Both the position numbers and the translations under genes were made by a program. Shown piece by piece: positions 25,298-38,529 of a stretch of DNA of 64,000 nucleotides. The DNA lies in the NCBI GenBank assembly GCA_951406725.2, contig OX597815.1, positions 434,001 to 498,000 of the forward strand. Reading direction: 5' to 3'. Under the pieces are notes generated by a model. It saw nothing but the letters and a program-made list of their open reading frames with translations. It had not been told where the DNA came from and searched no databases. The stretch comes from Octopus vulgaris. Lineage: Eukaryota. Every line of letters starts with the position of its first letter. Position 1 is the stretch's first letter.

Positions 25298-26747
25298 AAG
25301 GATAGTTAATTTAGTTGAAAATAGAAATAACCTAACAGAAGAGGAAGGTGGAGTTATGGACCAACAGCTCCCATTAAGGACTTTTGACTAATTTGTCATT
25401 GTTTACTAATGAGGAGTGGTCATTAGATTCTCTCAAAATACAAATCAAATGTCTCTCATATCACATTCTACCATCATAAAAAGGAGACATTCCACAGGGA
25501 AGTCATAGAATTTTATGGAAGAATGTGTAAAATGAGAGAAAGATTCTTAGAGACTACTCTTGTGTATTTAATTCCGAAACAAAGAGTTTTTTTATTGCAA
25601 GACTCCACAGAACTAGTGTTGTTTGAGTTCAGGTTTGTAGCGATGGCATAAACAAAGGGTTCTTATTCCAATTCTAGTTGTTTATACCTTTTGTTGTGAA
25701 ACATTCGCCTTTCCACTTGATTTTTATGCTTGTTCGTTGCTGTTGGGGAAAACTAGATTTTAAACATAATTTTATGTTAAATGAAGTGTGAACATTTTAC
25801 AGAATAATAATTTGGTCACTTTAAAACTATTGACTCTACAGCATTTATATTTTTTAATAATATATTATTATTAATATTAGGAAATCAATATCTAAACTCC
25901 TCAGCATTACTTCAAAAAACAAATGACTTAATTTAACGAATGAGATGGAAAGCATTCTTCGATGACACCAAAGGAACAATAAAAGACCAAAGGAATAATA
26001 CTTTTGGACTTCAATTATATAAAAACCCACCACATCATACATGATATATATTTATACTTATACATATTTACATATATTTTTATACATATTTATATTTATT
26101 TATATATTTTTAATACAATTATTTTTCACACTTGTATATCTTTCTGAGGAGTTTTGATATTGATTTCCTTATAATAATAATAATATATTAAAAAATATAT
26201 ATGTATATAATCGCTCGTATTAAATATATAAATACTTTAATAGTATTAATACTTTGATACAATATAAATTCAGCAGATAATATTCTCACTGAATATATTT
26301 AACTAAAGATTTAATATATAAATAATATGGGTGAGAGCAGGGCTGTGTGCATAGGTGTCGATATAAATGTGTAGTAAGAAATTTGCTTCCCAACCACATG
26401 GTTCTGGGTTCAGACCCACAGCATGGCACCTTGGACAAGTGTCTTCTACTATAGCCTTGGGCCAACCAAAGCCTTGTGAATCGATGTGGTAGACAGAAAC
26501 TGAAAGAAGCCCATTGTGTGTGTGTGTGTGTCTGTCTCCCACCACTGCCACTTGACAACCAGTGTTGGTGTGTTTATGTCCCTGTAACTTAGCAGTTCAG
26601 CAAAAGAGACTAATAGAATAAGTACCAGGCTTAAGAAAAAAGTACTGGGGCCAATTCATTCAACTAAAAAATTCTTCAAAGTGATGCCCCAGCATGGGCA
26701 CAGTCTAATGGCTGAAACAAGTAAAAGATAAATATAGCACGAATACT

Positions 26748-27111
26748 CATGGCACTCGGTCGGTTACGACGACGAGGGTTCCGGCCGATCCGATCAACGG
26801 AACAGCCTGCTCGTGAAATTAACATGCAAGTGGCTGAGTACTCCACAGACACGTGTACCCTTAATGTAGTTCTTGGGGGAGATTCAGTGTGACAAAGCTG
26901 GCCCTTTGAAATACAGGTACAACAGAAACAGGAAGAAAGAGCGAGAGAAAGTTGTGGTGGAAGGGTACAGCAAGGGTTGCCACCACCACCCCTGCTGGAG
27001 CCTTGTGGAGCTTCAGGTGTTTTCACTCAATAAACACGCCTGGTCTGGGAATCAAAACCGCAATCCTATGACCACAAGTCTGCTGCCCTAACCACTGGGC
27101 CACTGCACCTC
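26748..27111 (-). mobile_element. SINE family C variant with a different 3' half
   Basis: Head GAGGTGCAGTGGCCCAGTGGTTAGGGCAGCAGACTTGTGGTCATAGGATTGCGGTTTTGATTCCCAGACC; 3' half unrelated to that of the 39113 copy. Confidence 0.75.
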
Positions 27112-27179
27112 TATGCATGAATACGACATCTATACTGTAAAGATAACTTGACAGTAGTCTATACCATGAACAACTGCTT

Positions 27180-27363
27180 GTGACCTGAATAATAATAACA
27201 ACAACAACAAAAAATACCTTAGGAATGAGAATCCAGGTTCGAAATTTCCCCAAGACACCTGACGAAGGCTGAAGGGTAAATCAGCCAAAACATTGTGTTA
27301 ACAACAAACAAGATGAGGACAAATATCCGTCAAATGTAAATAATGTAAATGGAAAGCATTTGC
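27180..27363 (+). mobile_element. 5'-truncated copy of the hammerhead-SINE with mutated core
   Basis: GTGACCTGAATAATAAT...AAATACCTTAGGAATGAGAATCCAGGTTCGAAATTTCCCCAAGACAC-CTGACGA-AGGCTG...CAGCC-AAAACATT-GTGTT; GAAAC changed to AAAAC and ACGT to ACAT, consistent with CpG decay. Confidence 0.8.
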
Positions 27364-30300
27364 ATTTTCTTTATAAGAAATAAGAGACACAACACAGCAG
27401 CAAGACAATGTCTCTTGTATAATGCCATGTTGAATATTTTTATGTTTTGAACCCTAACTTACATAATTCACAGATTTAATGTTGAAAAATTCACAAGCAG
27501 GAGGAATAAAAAATAATATCAGAAATTAAATACGTTTTTAGTAAAATTGTAAAACTATAAATCTTGAAAAATATATCCTAATAACTTATTTCAACCAATT
27601 AACATTTTATGTAAATTGAAATTTACTTTTTATTTATTGTATTGAACATTTTTTAAACCTTATATTTTACTTTCTTTTTTGACATAAAAAAGTAAACAAT
27701 TTGTGAGGTGCACGCAGCCCAAATAAAGTCTCTGTTTGTTCTGGCAATATTTGAATCAAGCAGAAAGTGTTAAGAATGAACAGACTTGTTATTGTTAGGA
27801 TTCCCGCTCTTTCTCATGAAATCCATGGATTATTATCTGGTTCTCAGTTATCAGCAGATATTTTGCTGTTAGCTTATTTTTATAAACAAGAGCCTGTCTT
27901 CTTGTTAGATTCATTGATCCAGGCATGGCTCTCACTGGGGAGACACAATAAGGTTGAAACAGCATGGTATCTCTAAGTCCCCTTCCACCAGTGAATCACG
28001 TGTCAAAAGGGGGGGGGTCTCTGTTCATGGAAACCAACAGTAACCGGATATTTGCATTTGGATTTGTTTTGATCTATTTTGAAGTTTAATAAAATTGTTT
28101 CAACTAATTTTACTTTTGGACTATATAACTTAAAATTTGGCAATGATCCCTATTTAAATAATATAATAAACAGGTTTAATTATAAATAATGTATAAAAAT
28201 ATTTCTAATAAACTGCAGAATCAACATAAAAATCTGCTTCAGACAAGACATTGGCTCATTACATTGTGGTGGCAAAACTTTTCAATTTTCTACTCAAGGA
28301 TGATGCAGGAATGTTTTTCTTTATTTTCCAAATATTTTCTGTGGTTTAAATTCAATATTAATTCTGTAACAGAGATATTTTAGAAAATGTAATATTTCTA
28401 TTCTCTCTATTCCAGCTAAACCTGATATATTAAGCTGGTGCTTATAAGGCAGCGAGGAGCTGGCAGAATCATTAGCAGAACGGGCAAAATGCTTGGCAGC
28501 ATTTCGTTATTTTAACAAAGAAAAACATTTGGGTATTTGAATCCACACTTCTGCGCTAGAAGTAGAAATTTGATCAAAACAAGGTGAACACCTTTTCAGA
28601 AAGTTGTCAAGACATCAGAGGTGGAAACATCAAAGAGTCAGATACAAAGAATTTTGTCAAACAAAGGTTCCGTAATTTGTTCCCAGAACTGGATTCATGC
28701 ATTATCAGTTGGTGCTGATGTATCTGCAGAGTTTGAAGAACTGGCAGATGTACTTATTTATTGAAACTTTGTTTTAAAAGTGAAAGACTTGCAGAATTTC
28801 GGAATAAGGAACATCTGTCATGCTTTTAGATTTAAAAAGCCACAAAAGTCTTCAAAACCATGTTGGAAGGGATAAAAATACTGTTGTCTTTTATAACAAT
28901 TTACCCTCTGGTGAAAAGAGAAGTTGAAAATAAAATGGGTGGATCCTGAAGACAATATGAAAGGTGTTCTATCAACAACATCAATTTGTGATGTTGCTAC
29001 ATCAAAAATAAAATAGCACTATTTTCCAGAGAGAGATTTGGAATGAAATTGTTCAGTTCCTTTATTTTTATTAATTTTGCTTATTTTTGTTGTTATGTCT
29101 AAATTTGTTTCTCCAAATCATTACTGAGAATTGGAAAATTGAACTAGAATAAATGTTAGTCAACTGGGTTTTTAAAGAGAGAAATTAGTTGGACTCTGAA
29201 GGCATCAACCAAGTTGATCTGGTATGAAGGAAACCTGGTTCCATGTGATATCAAAAATGAAACTACCTCATTTTTTTTTCACACACCTGAAATGAAGTGG
29301 TTTTCAATAAGAATTTCCAATTTGGTTTCAGCATGAGGTCTTGACTAAATTTCATTTTAATTGAGGAGATTTGGGGATAGACCCTATGAAAAGTATACTG
29401 AGCCTTACACTTGATAATAAAAAAGGGCTTGTCATGGTTAGAATGCTGTTGAAGTTTTCTCAATCAGGGTTGATTGGATAAAGATATTTAACCATTTTGA
29501 GAGCCACACACCTGGAACCATCTTTGATTCTCTGATACAAATTTCCTGTTTTTAAGGAATCTAAATTAAAACCTTCCATCAGAATTCCATGTTGATTTCT
29601 ATTCCGAACACCAACTTAATTATGAGAAAGTTATTTGACCAAACTCGAAATTAATTGAAAGAAGGGCAAACGGGGTCAACTGCAAGGTGGCAGCTGTTAA
29701 AGAAGGACACAAGGAGTGGAGTTTGGTGTGAATTTTAAAAACTAAGAAGTAAACGAACCAGCAGTTCTATATTCCTCATTCAATGTAGATGCCAGAGCTG
29801 CTGGTAGAAGCATATCGTTGCCATTATTATTGATATCAACTGGTTTGGCATGGATGGAAGAGATTCGTTCCAGTAGAGGTTTACCACTTGTCACAGACAC
29901 ACAACAACAAAGAAATATCAGTAGTGGTTGTTGTTGTTGTTGTTATAAAAGTGGTTGATGAATGTTGGGTGAAGAAGACATGAAGGGTTGAGGAGGGGAA
30001 GTAAAGGGTTTCAAGTTCAGGTGCAGTCAGGTTTGAGGAGGGGATGCTGCACAGCAAACAAGTGCACCAGCTTTTGGGATTAGTTGAAATATAAAACAAA
30101 GAAATCAATAGTTTGTTGTATTAAAGGTCGTGCTTCACCACCTCGTTCCAGGTTTTCCTGATATATATATATATCTGCATATGTGTGTGTGTGTGCATAT
30201 ATACACACACACACACACACACATATATGAGTATATTCATCGTCATAATCATCATCATCGTTGTTTAAAGTCTGTTTTCCATGCTGACATGGGTTGGACG

Positions 30301-31087
30301 GTTTTGTGACTGAGGGCTGGCAAGCCAGAAGGCTGCACCAGGCTCCAATCTGATCTGGTAATATTTCTACTGGTGGATGCTCTTCCTAGCGCCTACCACT
30401 CTGAGAGTGCAGTGGGTGCTTTTTATGTATCACCAGTACGGGAGCCAGTCAAGCAGCACTGGTATCCGCCATGGTCCGGATGGTGCTTCTTATGTGCTAC
30501 CAGCACAGGAGCCAGTCAGGGCAAGGGGGCTGGCATCGACCACATTCGGATTGTGCTTTTTACATGCCACCAGCACAGGGAGCCAGTCCTGGTGGCACTG
30601 ACAACGACCCATGCACGAATGGTGCTTATTGCATGCCACCAGCACAGGAGCCAGTCAGGCGGCACTGGCATTGGCCACAACTACAATTTCCATTTTGATT
30701 TCAATTTGACTGAGATTCTTAAATATGTATATGCCTGTATATGTATGTATATGCATATGTATATATTTATGTGTGTGTGTGTGTTTGTTCCCTACCACCA
30801 TTTGACAACCAGTGTTGGCATGTTTATGTCCCCTGTAACCTAGTGGCTTGGCAAAAGAGACCAATAGAATAGGTTCCAGGCTTAAAAAATAGGGTTGATT
30901 TGTTCAACTAAAGTTCTTCAAGATGGTGCCCCAGCATGGCCACAGTCTAATAAATTGAGTTAGAAACAAAACTGTGGTAGTGCTCCAGCATGACCACAGC
31001 CTTCAGTCCACAACTAAAGGAAGGAAAAGAAAAAGGAAATAACAGACTTTTGTGCTAAATAACATAGGCTGTTCTGAAGTGAGTGTG

Positions 31088-31119
<32 letters not shown>

Positions 31120-32219
31120 AGTGTGTGTGTGTGTGTATGTTACATGTTTTGGCTGGCAAAGTAGGACTGGTTTGCAATTAGTGGTGAGTGGAGGACATGT
31201 GACAAGCACACAGCTGACAGCATTGTAAAGCTGACAGATGTCTGGGAAATCAGGAACAACTCATTCGTAAAAGGCCATCCACTTCAATGGAAAAGAAATA
31301 ATGGATATCCGCTCTGTCTGTCATGAGAGAAATGGCTAGGGGCGCTGAGGGCCACAGAAAGGAAGTTCCTATCATGCCATCAGAGACATGGCCACCACCT
31401 CTAACTATCACTAACATGTCGCACACACACACACCCTTTAGATGGCAGGAGAACCTGCTGGAAAATAGGAGCAAAATCTCTCATAAATCACACTAATATC
31501 TTAAACAAGGAACACACTAAATGATGTACATCTAGATACACTGTGCTTGTGATCACAGGTAAACTCAATTTGAGTTGACCAGGGTTAAAAAAAAATTATT
31601 TTCCGAGATGAATCAGCAATAAAAATAAAAATCAATTATTGTGTGTTTGTGTCCGTATACATATACATACATAGAGACACACACACACACAGTCATATAT
31701 ATTATATACATACCTATCTATATCATCATCATATAACATCTGTTGTCCATGCTGGCTTAAGTTGGACGATTTGATCAGAGCTGGCAGACCAGGGAGCTGC
31801 ACCAGGCTCCAGCCAGATTTGGCATCGTTTCCACAGTTGGAAGCCCTTCTGAACACCAACCATTTACAGAGTGTGCTGGGCGCTTTGACATGGTGCTGCC
31901 TAAGTGTTTCATGTGGCACAACACAGGCACATTTACGTGTGTTATGCAAGCCATATATATATATATGCACGAATATAATCAAAAATAAGGGTGAAAAAAT
32001 TGGATATTAATTTAATAATACCATCAATTTAACACCAAGTGGCTTAGCGCATAAAAACCAGGGATACAATAAAAATTTATACACAAATATAAGAGAGTGA
32101 TCACTATATGGTCGACTCTTGCGCTAAAAATAGATCTATTTTTAGCGCAAGAGTCGACCATATAGTGGTCACTCTCTTATATTTGTGTATATGCGAATAT
32201 ATATATATATATATGCATA

Positions 32220-32743
32220 CCGTAAATCCTCAAGTATAATCCACACTTTTTTCCCAAAATATAAAGGTCAAAATCCCTCGTGCGTGCTATATACAAGGTT
32301 AAAAAAGAAAAATATTTTCTAAGTAATGTCTGAGGCTCTATTTGCTGTCCGGCAAAGTTTATTCAGACACATTTTGTGATGTCGGGCGTGAAAATACCTT
32401 AAGCTAAGCATGAAAGCAATGAAATCATAAAAGAATCATCCATAACTTGCAGTAAGCAACATTTATTAAAATACAAGTATTCAGAACACAGAATAACATG
32501 TAAAAAATAAACAATTTGCAAATATATTTACATTCCCATATAACAGTTAAGAACATCACCATTATTGTATTACGCATGCACGGAAGTGTTTGTTACACTA
32601 GGTGCTGCTGGCTTAATTACGCACGACTCAAGTTAGAGAAGGGGTGCGTATTATACACAAGGTTTAGGTTTTTCAGAAAAACAACCCCCTAAAAATCCCC
32701 TGCGTATTATACTCACGGCCAAACTATACTTGAAGATTTACGG
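32220..32743. mobile_element. pogo/Tigger-type MITE
   Basis: TA|CCGTAAATCCTCAAGTATA ... TATACTTGAAGATTTACGG|TA: 19-bp TIR with one mismatch and TA target duplication; internal GCGTATTATAC-type subterminal repeats. Confidence 0.85.
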
Positions 32744-32746
32744 TAT

Positions 32747-32751
32747 CTATA

Positions 32752-32795
<44 letters not shown>

Positions 32796-32863
32796 TATAT
32801 ATGCATATATATATATATATATGCATATATATGCATATATATATATATATATATGCATATATA

Positions 32864-32915
<52 letters not shown>

Positions 32916-33208
32916 TATATATGCATATATATATATATATATATATATATGCATATATATATATATATATATGCATATATATGCATATATATATATATAT
33001 ATATGCATATATATGCATATATATATATATATATATATATGCATATATATGCATATATATATATATATATGCATATATATGCATATATATATATATATAT
33101 GCATATATATGCATATATATATATATATATGCATATATATGCATATATATATATATATATATGCATATATATATATATATATATATGCATATATATATAT
33201 ATGCATAT
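32747..33208. repeat. (TA)n with interspersed TGCA units
   Basis: Direct reading. Confidence 0.95.
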
Positions 33209-33792
33209 AAGTGCCACACTCTAGCGGTTGAGAGAACCTGTGGAAGAGGCAGACCCAGGAAAACCTGGGATCAGGTGGTGAAGCACGACCTTCGAACTTT
33301 AGGTCTCACCGAGGAAATGACTAGAGACCAAGACCTTTGGAAGTATGCTGTGCGTGAGAAGACCCGGCAGGACAAGTGAGACTATAACCCGTGGCCTCTA
33401 CATGGGATGTAGACAGTCCACTTATGCATACCTTTCCTTCTTACGACACAAAACTCTACTTGTGAAGACCTGTTGAGGCAAGTGAGAATCAAAATCGAAA
33501 TCGATCAACATCAATGGAAATTGCAACTGTGATACTAGTGCCGGTGGTACGTAAGAGAACCATCCAAACAGGGCTGTTGCCAGCGTCGCCCCGACTGGCC
33601 TCGTGCCGGTGGCACATAAAAAGCACCCACTACTCTCACGGAGTGGTTGGCGTTAAGAAGGGCATCCAGCCATAGAAACATTGCCAGATTAGACTGGGCC
33701 TGGTGCAGCCTTCTGGCTTCCCAGACCCCAGTTGAACCGTCCAACCCATGCTAGCATGGAGAGCGGACGCTAAGCGAAGATGATGATGATGA
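33208..33792 (+). mobile_element. RTE LINE 3' end with 3'UTR and (GAT)n tail
   Basis: [44 protein letters not shown]...*, then a UTR ending CCAACCCATGCTAGCATGG...GATGATGAT. Confidence 0.9.
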
Positions 33793-34206
33793 TATATATA
33801 TATATACATATACATATACATATATATACATATATACCTATACATATATATACACATATATATACCTATACATATACATACATATATATACCTATACATA
33901 TATATACTTATACATATATATACATATATACATATACATACATATATACACCTATACATCATCATCATCATCGTTTAACGTCCGTTTTCCGCTTGCACGG
34001 GTTGGACAACACATATATACATATATATACCTATACATACATGTATGCATATATAGACATATACATACATGTATACATAGACATATACATACATATATAT
34101 ATATATATACACACATATATATATACATATATGTACATATACATACATACATACATATATACATATATACAAATATATACAAATATATACATATATACAT
34201 ATATAT

Positions 34207-35780
34207 ATGATAGATAATATAGGAAAAAGAATTTTGGAACATTCTTCTAATTTTGAGATTTTCCAAAAACATGCACCTTATTATAATGAAGCCTTGAGGG
34301 AGACGGGATATAATAATAGTATTAAATTCATTAATAATTGTAGATTTTATAATAATATAAATATAAATGATTCTTATGTTATTTATAATAATAAACCTGA
34401 TATTAAGAATTATGATAAGTATTGTTCAGTTAATTATGGTTTTAGTAATAGGTTTTCTGAAAATACAAAAGATAAATATAATAAAAGAGTAAAAGATAAG
34501 AATATATTTAATGTGGTTAATGATAATAAGAAGTATAATAATATAATAAATAAAAGGAATGTTAACAATAAGAATAAAATTTGGTTAATTATTCCTTCTG
34601 GGGCTCAAATTAAAACAAACATTATTAAAGAAGTATTAAAACTATTTGAATTATTCATTGTAGATAATAAAAAATACAATATTTTTTCTAGTAATAATTT
34701 TGGAGTTGGTTATTCTACTACTAATGTTGGTAACATTATTTCATCTTTTAATAGTTTTAAGCTGAATAAGTTTTATATTAAAAAAATATAGAATAATTCC
34801 AATAATACTAATGATCAGTATTTAATTAATCGATTAATCGTACGCGTAGAGATAAGATGAAATGTAAATTTTAAAATAATGTAATTTGGCTGATGTAGTA
34901 TATAAATGTGTAGTGACTCTGAGAGGTGATAATATTTATAGGAATAGTTATAATATAAATGCAATTTACGTGGGGTCGACGTCTAATAAAATTAAATTAA
35001 GGGTGGCCCAAAACATGCACTCATTTAAGAATAAAACACTGGCCTTAGCAAATTTAAAATGGGAGATAGTTTGTAAAGCTAAATCTTATAGAATAGGTAA
35101 TAATTTTTGTTTACTATGTACTAATGAATTTATGGAGATATTACTATCTGAAAAACAATTGATTAATTTCCAAGATGAGAGAAAAATTAAATGTAGACAT
35201 AGGTCGAATTATTTATAAAATAAGTTTAGATAATTTGTGAATATATATACCCTGGTTTATGTTATTAATTTATTAATTTATGTAGTTATATTATGTAATA
35301 TTATAAGGAGTAAAAGTTAGTAGTAGGTTATGTAGTATATGAACATAACTTGAAGAATATATATTAATTTATGGACATTTAATTAATTTTATATATTTTA
35401 CATATAATGCCATAGTTTTAAATTATTGAGAATTTAGAATTTCCCCCCATAAATGGTATATTACGTCATGTTAAATACATATATCTATTTATTTATTTAT
35501 TGTATATTCATTGTTTACATAACGTACAATGCTAGATTGTAAGTTTAAAGTTTAAAATTTCTTTTAACTGGTTTTCATCAATAAGATAAGTCATGTTTTT
35601 GCTTTACATTAATATTGTTATTATAATATCTTAATTTATTTATGTTATTTTCTTTACCTGAAGAGTGGCTAAATATTTTAAAGTAATATCAATTTATATA
35701 TTTAGTCATGAAATGCGTGTAGTCAATTTAATGCTTGATTTGTTGTGAGATTTTTAGTATAATAATTATAAGATATTTAA
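34207..35780 (+). mobile_element. Penelope-like retroelement 3' remnant (RT C-terminus, GIY-YIG endonuclease, pLTR)
   Basis: [31 protein letters not shown] (RT thumb-like), then VVYKCVV...IYVGSTSNKIKLR...H...KWEIV...CLLCTNE...IN...E...KCRH (GIY-YIG with C-terminal CxxC/CRH, resembling Naiad-type PLEs). Frameshifted, followed by a hammerhead. Confidence 0.8.
35653..35726 (+). ncRNA. Hammerhead ribozyme motif downstream of a Penelope-like ORF
   Basis: TTTAC-CTGAAGA-gtggctaaatat...atatttagtcat-GAAA-tgcgtg-TA-GTCAA, about 440 bp 3' of the GIY-YIG ORF stop, where a pLTR hammerhead is expected. Confidence 0.7.
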
Positions 35781-35789
35781 TTAATTTCT

Positions 35790-37218
35790 ATGTGGTTATT
35801 ATAGAAAATATCTGTGAAAATATTTTTTCACCAGACTGGCTGAAATGTCTCTCCACATCAGACACTGACATGAAACTTGAATGTTTCATGTCTATAGTGC
35901 AAGCCATATGCCAGAAATATGTCCCAGAGCACAAGGCCAAAACAAATAGGAACAAGATTCCAAGGGAGAGGAAGATCCTCATGGGACGATGGATGAAGTT
36001 TGCAAATCAACTCAACCAACATTCCAAAATTAGCAAAAGGTCCCGCCTAAAAACAACACTGATGGAGATTGAAAAAAACCTGCAACAATCCTATGTGAGG
36101 GAAAAAGCAAAGAAGCCTGGGTTATAAAAAAGATTAAGTCAAACCCAAAGGCCTTCTTTCATTATGCAAAAGAAACAGCCTCAGTACACTCCAAAAGGAT
36201 GGCTGCCTCACAGATTATCCAACTAGGATATGCCCTCAACTGCCTGGATAGCCACCCTTGGAAGCTATGCAGATGATACGAAAGTCTCGCAGAAAATACA
36301 GAACCCCAGTGATGTTGCACATCTGCAGCAGGAGTTGGACTCAATTTACAGATGGGCTGAGGATAATAATATGCAGTTTAATGATGAAAAATTCCAAATC
36401 CAAAACTGAATATGAAACTTACAGGGCACACTGATCCACAGGGAATTTCAATCCCAGAGCCTAAATCAGTGAAGGACCTGGGTATCGACATGAGTGATGG
36501 TGCCTCTTTCCAAGTGCACATTACCAGGATGGTGACAAAGTGCAGACGACTGGCTGGGTGGATCCTAAGAACATTCAGAATCAGAGATAAGGAAACCATG
36601 ATGGTCCTCTGGCGGACATTCGTCCTCAGCCGCCTGGATTACTGCTCACAGCTATGATCAGCCACCAGTGTAAAATTAACAGCGGACCTTGAAGCAACCC
36701 AGACAAGATTCACAAAGAAGATCGTCTCTTTGCAACAGCTCAGCTACTGGGAAAGGTTGAAACAGCCAAGACTCTACTCCCTGGAGAGAAGACGGGAGAG
36801 GTATGCAGTAATATATGTCTGGAAGATCCTGGAAGGAACTGTGCCTAATTCTGGCATTGAAAGCTACACCAATGCTAGAACGGGACGAGACTGCATAGTG
36901 CCAAAGATCCCAGCAATGCCATCACGCTTCAGGACCAGCTTCTGCAACAGCCTGGGTTTCAAGGGCCCACAGCTTTTTTAATATTCTCCCAAAGAGCCTG
37001 AGGAACCTGCACAAAGTAGATGTAGGCATTTTTAAATCAAAGCTGGATCTCTTCCTGTCTAGAGTCCCAGATGAACCCACCTCACGGTAAGAGGTGCAAA
37101 TGAGGGTAGCTACATCAAACTCCATTCTTCACCAGGTGCCACATACTGGGGGAGGTTCTCAGTAATAACAGTGTAGCAAAATGGCAGTGCTGCAGCATGG
37201 CCGCAGCTCTGAGCTGAA
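35790..37218 (+). mobile_element. CR1-group LINE with internal deletion
   Basis: Linker region (IKSNPKAFFHYAK) joined almost directly to YADDTK, so the early RT motifs are missing; 3' part nearly identical to 54030-55030. Confidence 0.88.
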
Positions 37219-38040
37219 ACTACAGAAAAGAAAGAAAATATGTAGCCAGAGATGTTTGGTAAGGAGCTTGCTTCCCAACCACATGGTTCCAAGTTCACCC
37301 TGGCCAAGTGTTTTCTACTATAGACTCGGGCCAACCAAAGCATTGTGAGTGGATTTCGGAGATGGAAACTGAAAGAAGTCCGTTGCATATGTGTGTGTGT
37401 GTGTGTGTACATTTGTGTCCGTGTTTGTCCCTCCACCATCGCTTGACAACTGATGTTCGTTTATATCCCCGTAAAACATTGCAGTTTGCTGTAAGTCAGA
37501 CAGAATAAGGACTAGGCATACAAAGAATAAGTCCTCGTATCTATTTCTTCTACTAAAATCCTTGAAATTGGTGCTCCAGCATGGCCGCAGTCAAATGGTT
37601 AAAACAAGTAAAAGAATATATACAAATGTACATATAGGTGCAGGAGTGGCTGTCTGGTAAGTAGCTTGCTTACGAACCACATGGTTCCAGGTTCAGTCCC
37701 ACTGCATGGCACCTTGGGCAAGTGTCTTCTACTATAGCCTTGGTAGATGGAATCTCAAAGAAGCCCGACGTATATATGTATATATATGCATGTGTGTATG
37801 TTTGTGTGTCTGCGTTTGTCCCCCAGCATTATTTGACAACTGATGCTGGTGTGTTCATGTCCCCGTCACCTAGCGGTTCAGCAAAAGAGATCGATAGAAT
37901 AAGTACAGGGCTTACAAAGAATAAGTCCCAGGGTTGATTTGCCTGACTAAAGTTGGTGCTCCAGCATGGCCGCAATCAAATGACTGAAACAAGTAAAAGA
38001 GTATACATATATATATATATATAAGAGTATATATATATGA

Positions 38041-38091
<51 letters not shown>

Positions 38092-38280
38092 AAATAAGAA
38101 AATGGAGAAATACACCTTAATCAATAATCAACTACCAGATAATACCCATTCACATAATTTATTAACCAACTACATATGAACATCAAGGTCAAACATAATA
38201 GTACAGAACAAAACAGTGCACATTAATGAGTAATATGATACAATAAGTACAATATGTATAAATAAATATAAATAAACTAT

Positions 38281-38407
38281 ATCTTACAGCTGTTTCAGCC
38301 ATACAGATATGAGTATCTCATTATGCTCATATTAGCCAGGTGTGATAAGTTAATATGTGGTTATAAATGAGACACTTACAAATATATCCCAAGGCCTCTT
38401 CAGAGAT
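38281..38407 (-). ncRNA. Hammerhead ribozyme motif with ~90-nt stem II insert
   Basis: ATCT-CTGAAGA-GGCC...GGCT-GAAA-CAGCTG-TA-AGAT: stem I ATCT/AGAT, palindromic stem III ACAGCTGT, intact core. Confidence 0.72.
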
Positions 38408-38529
38408 TATAAAGTACAATCCAAATATGAATATCAGAGAAGGTACACCCATACAAGAATGAGTACATATACATAATATACACATACATATAAGTGTATA
38501 TACACATGCACCTTTGAAGCTCCCCAAAG

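Noticed and set aside
26141-26210. CTGAGGA...hammerhead-like remnant
   Set aside because: GAAA box and stem I not recoverable in very AT-rich sequence.
19584-27363. The two inverted hammerhead-SINE copies as TIRs of a 7.8-kb composite element
   Set aside because: The copies are diverged, no TSD is visible and the interior is unrelated nested repeats; independent insertions are simpler, although both share the tail out to GGAAAGCATTTGC.
28510-29020. Possible decayed hAT transposase C-terminus
   Set aside because: Too degenerate to reconstruct motifs or termini by eye.
30420-30690. CRISPR-like repeat/spacer appearance of the GTGCCACCAGCAC array
   Set aside because: Eukaryotic DNA, no cas genes, spacers are related to each other, and the array is part of an RTE 3'UTR.
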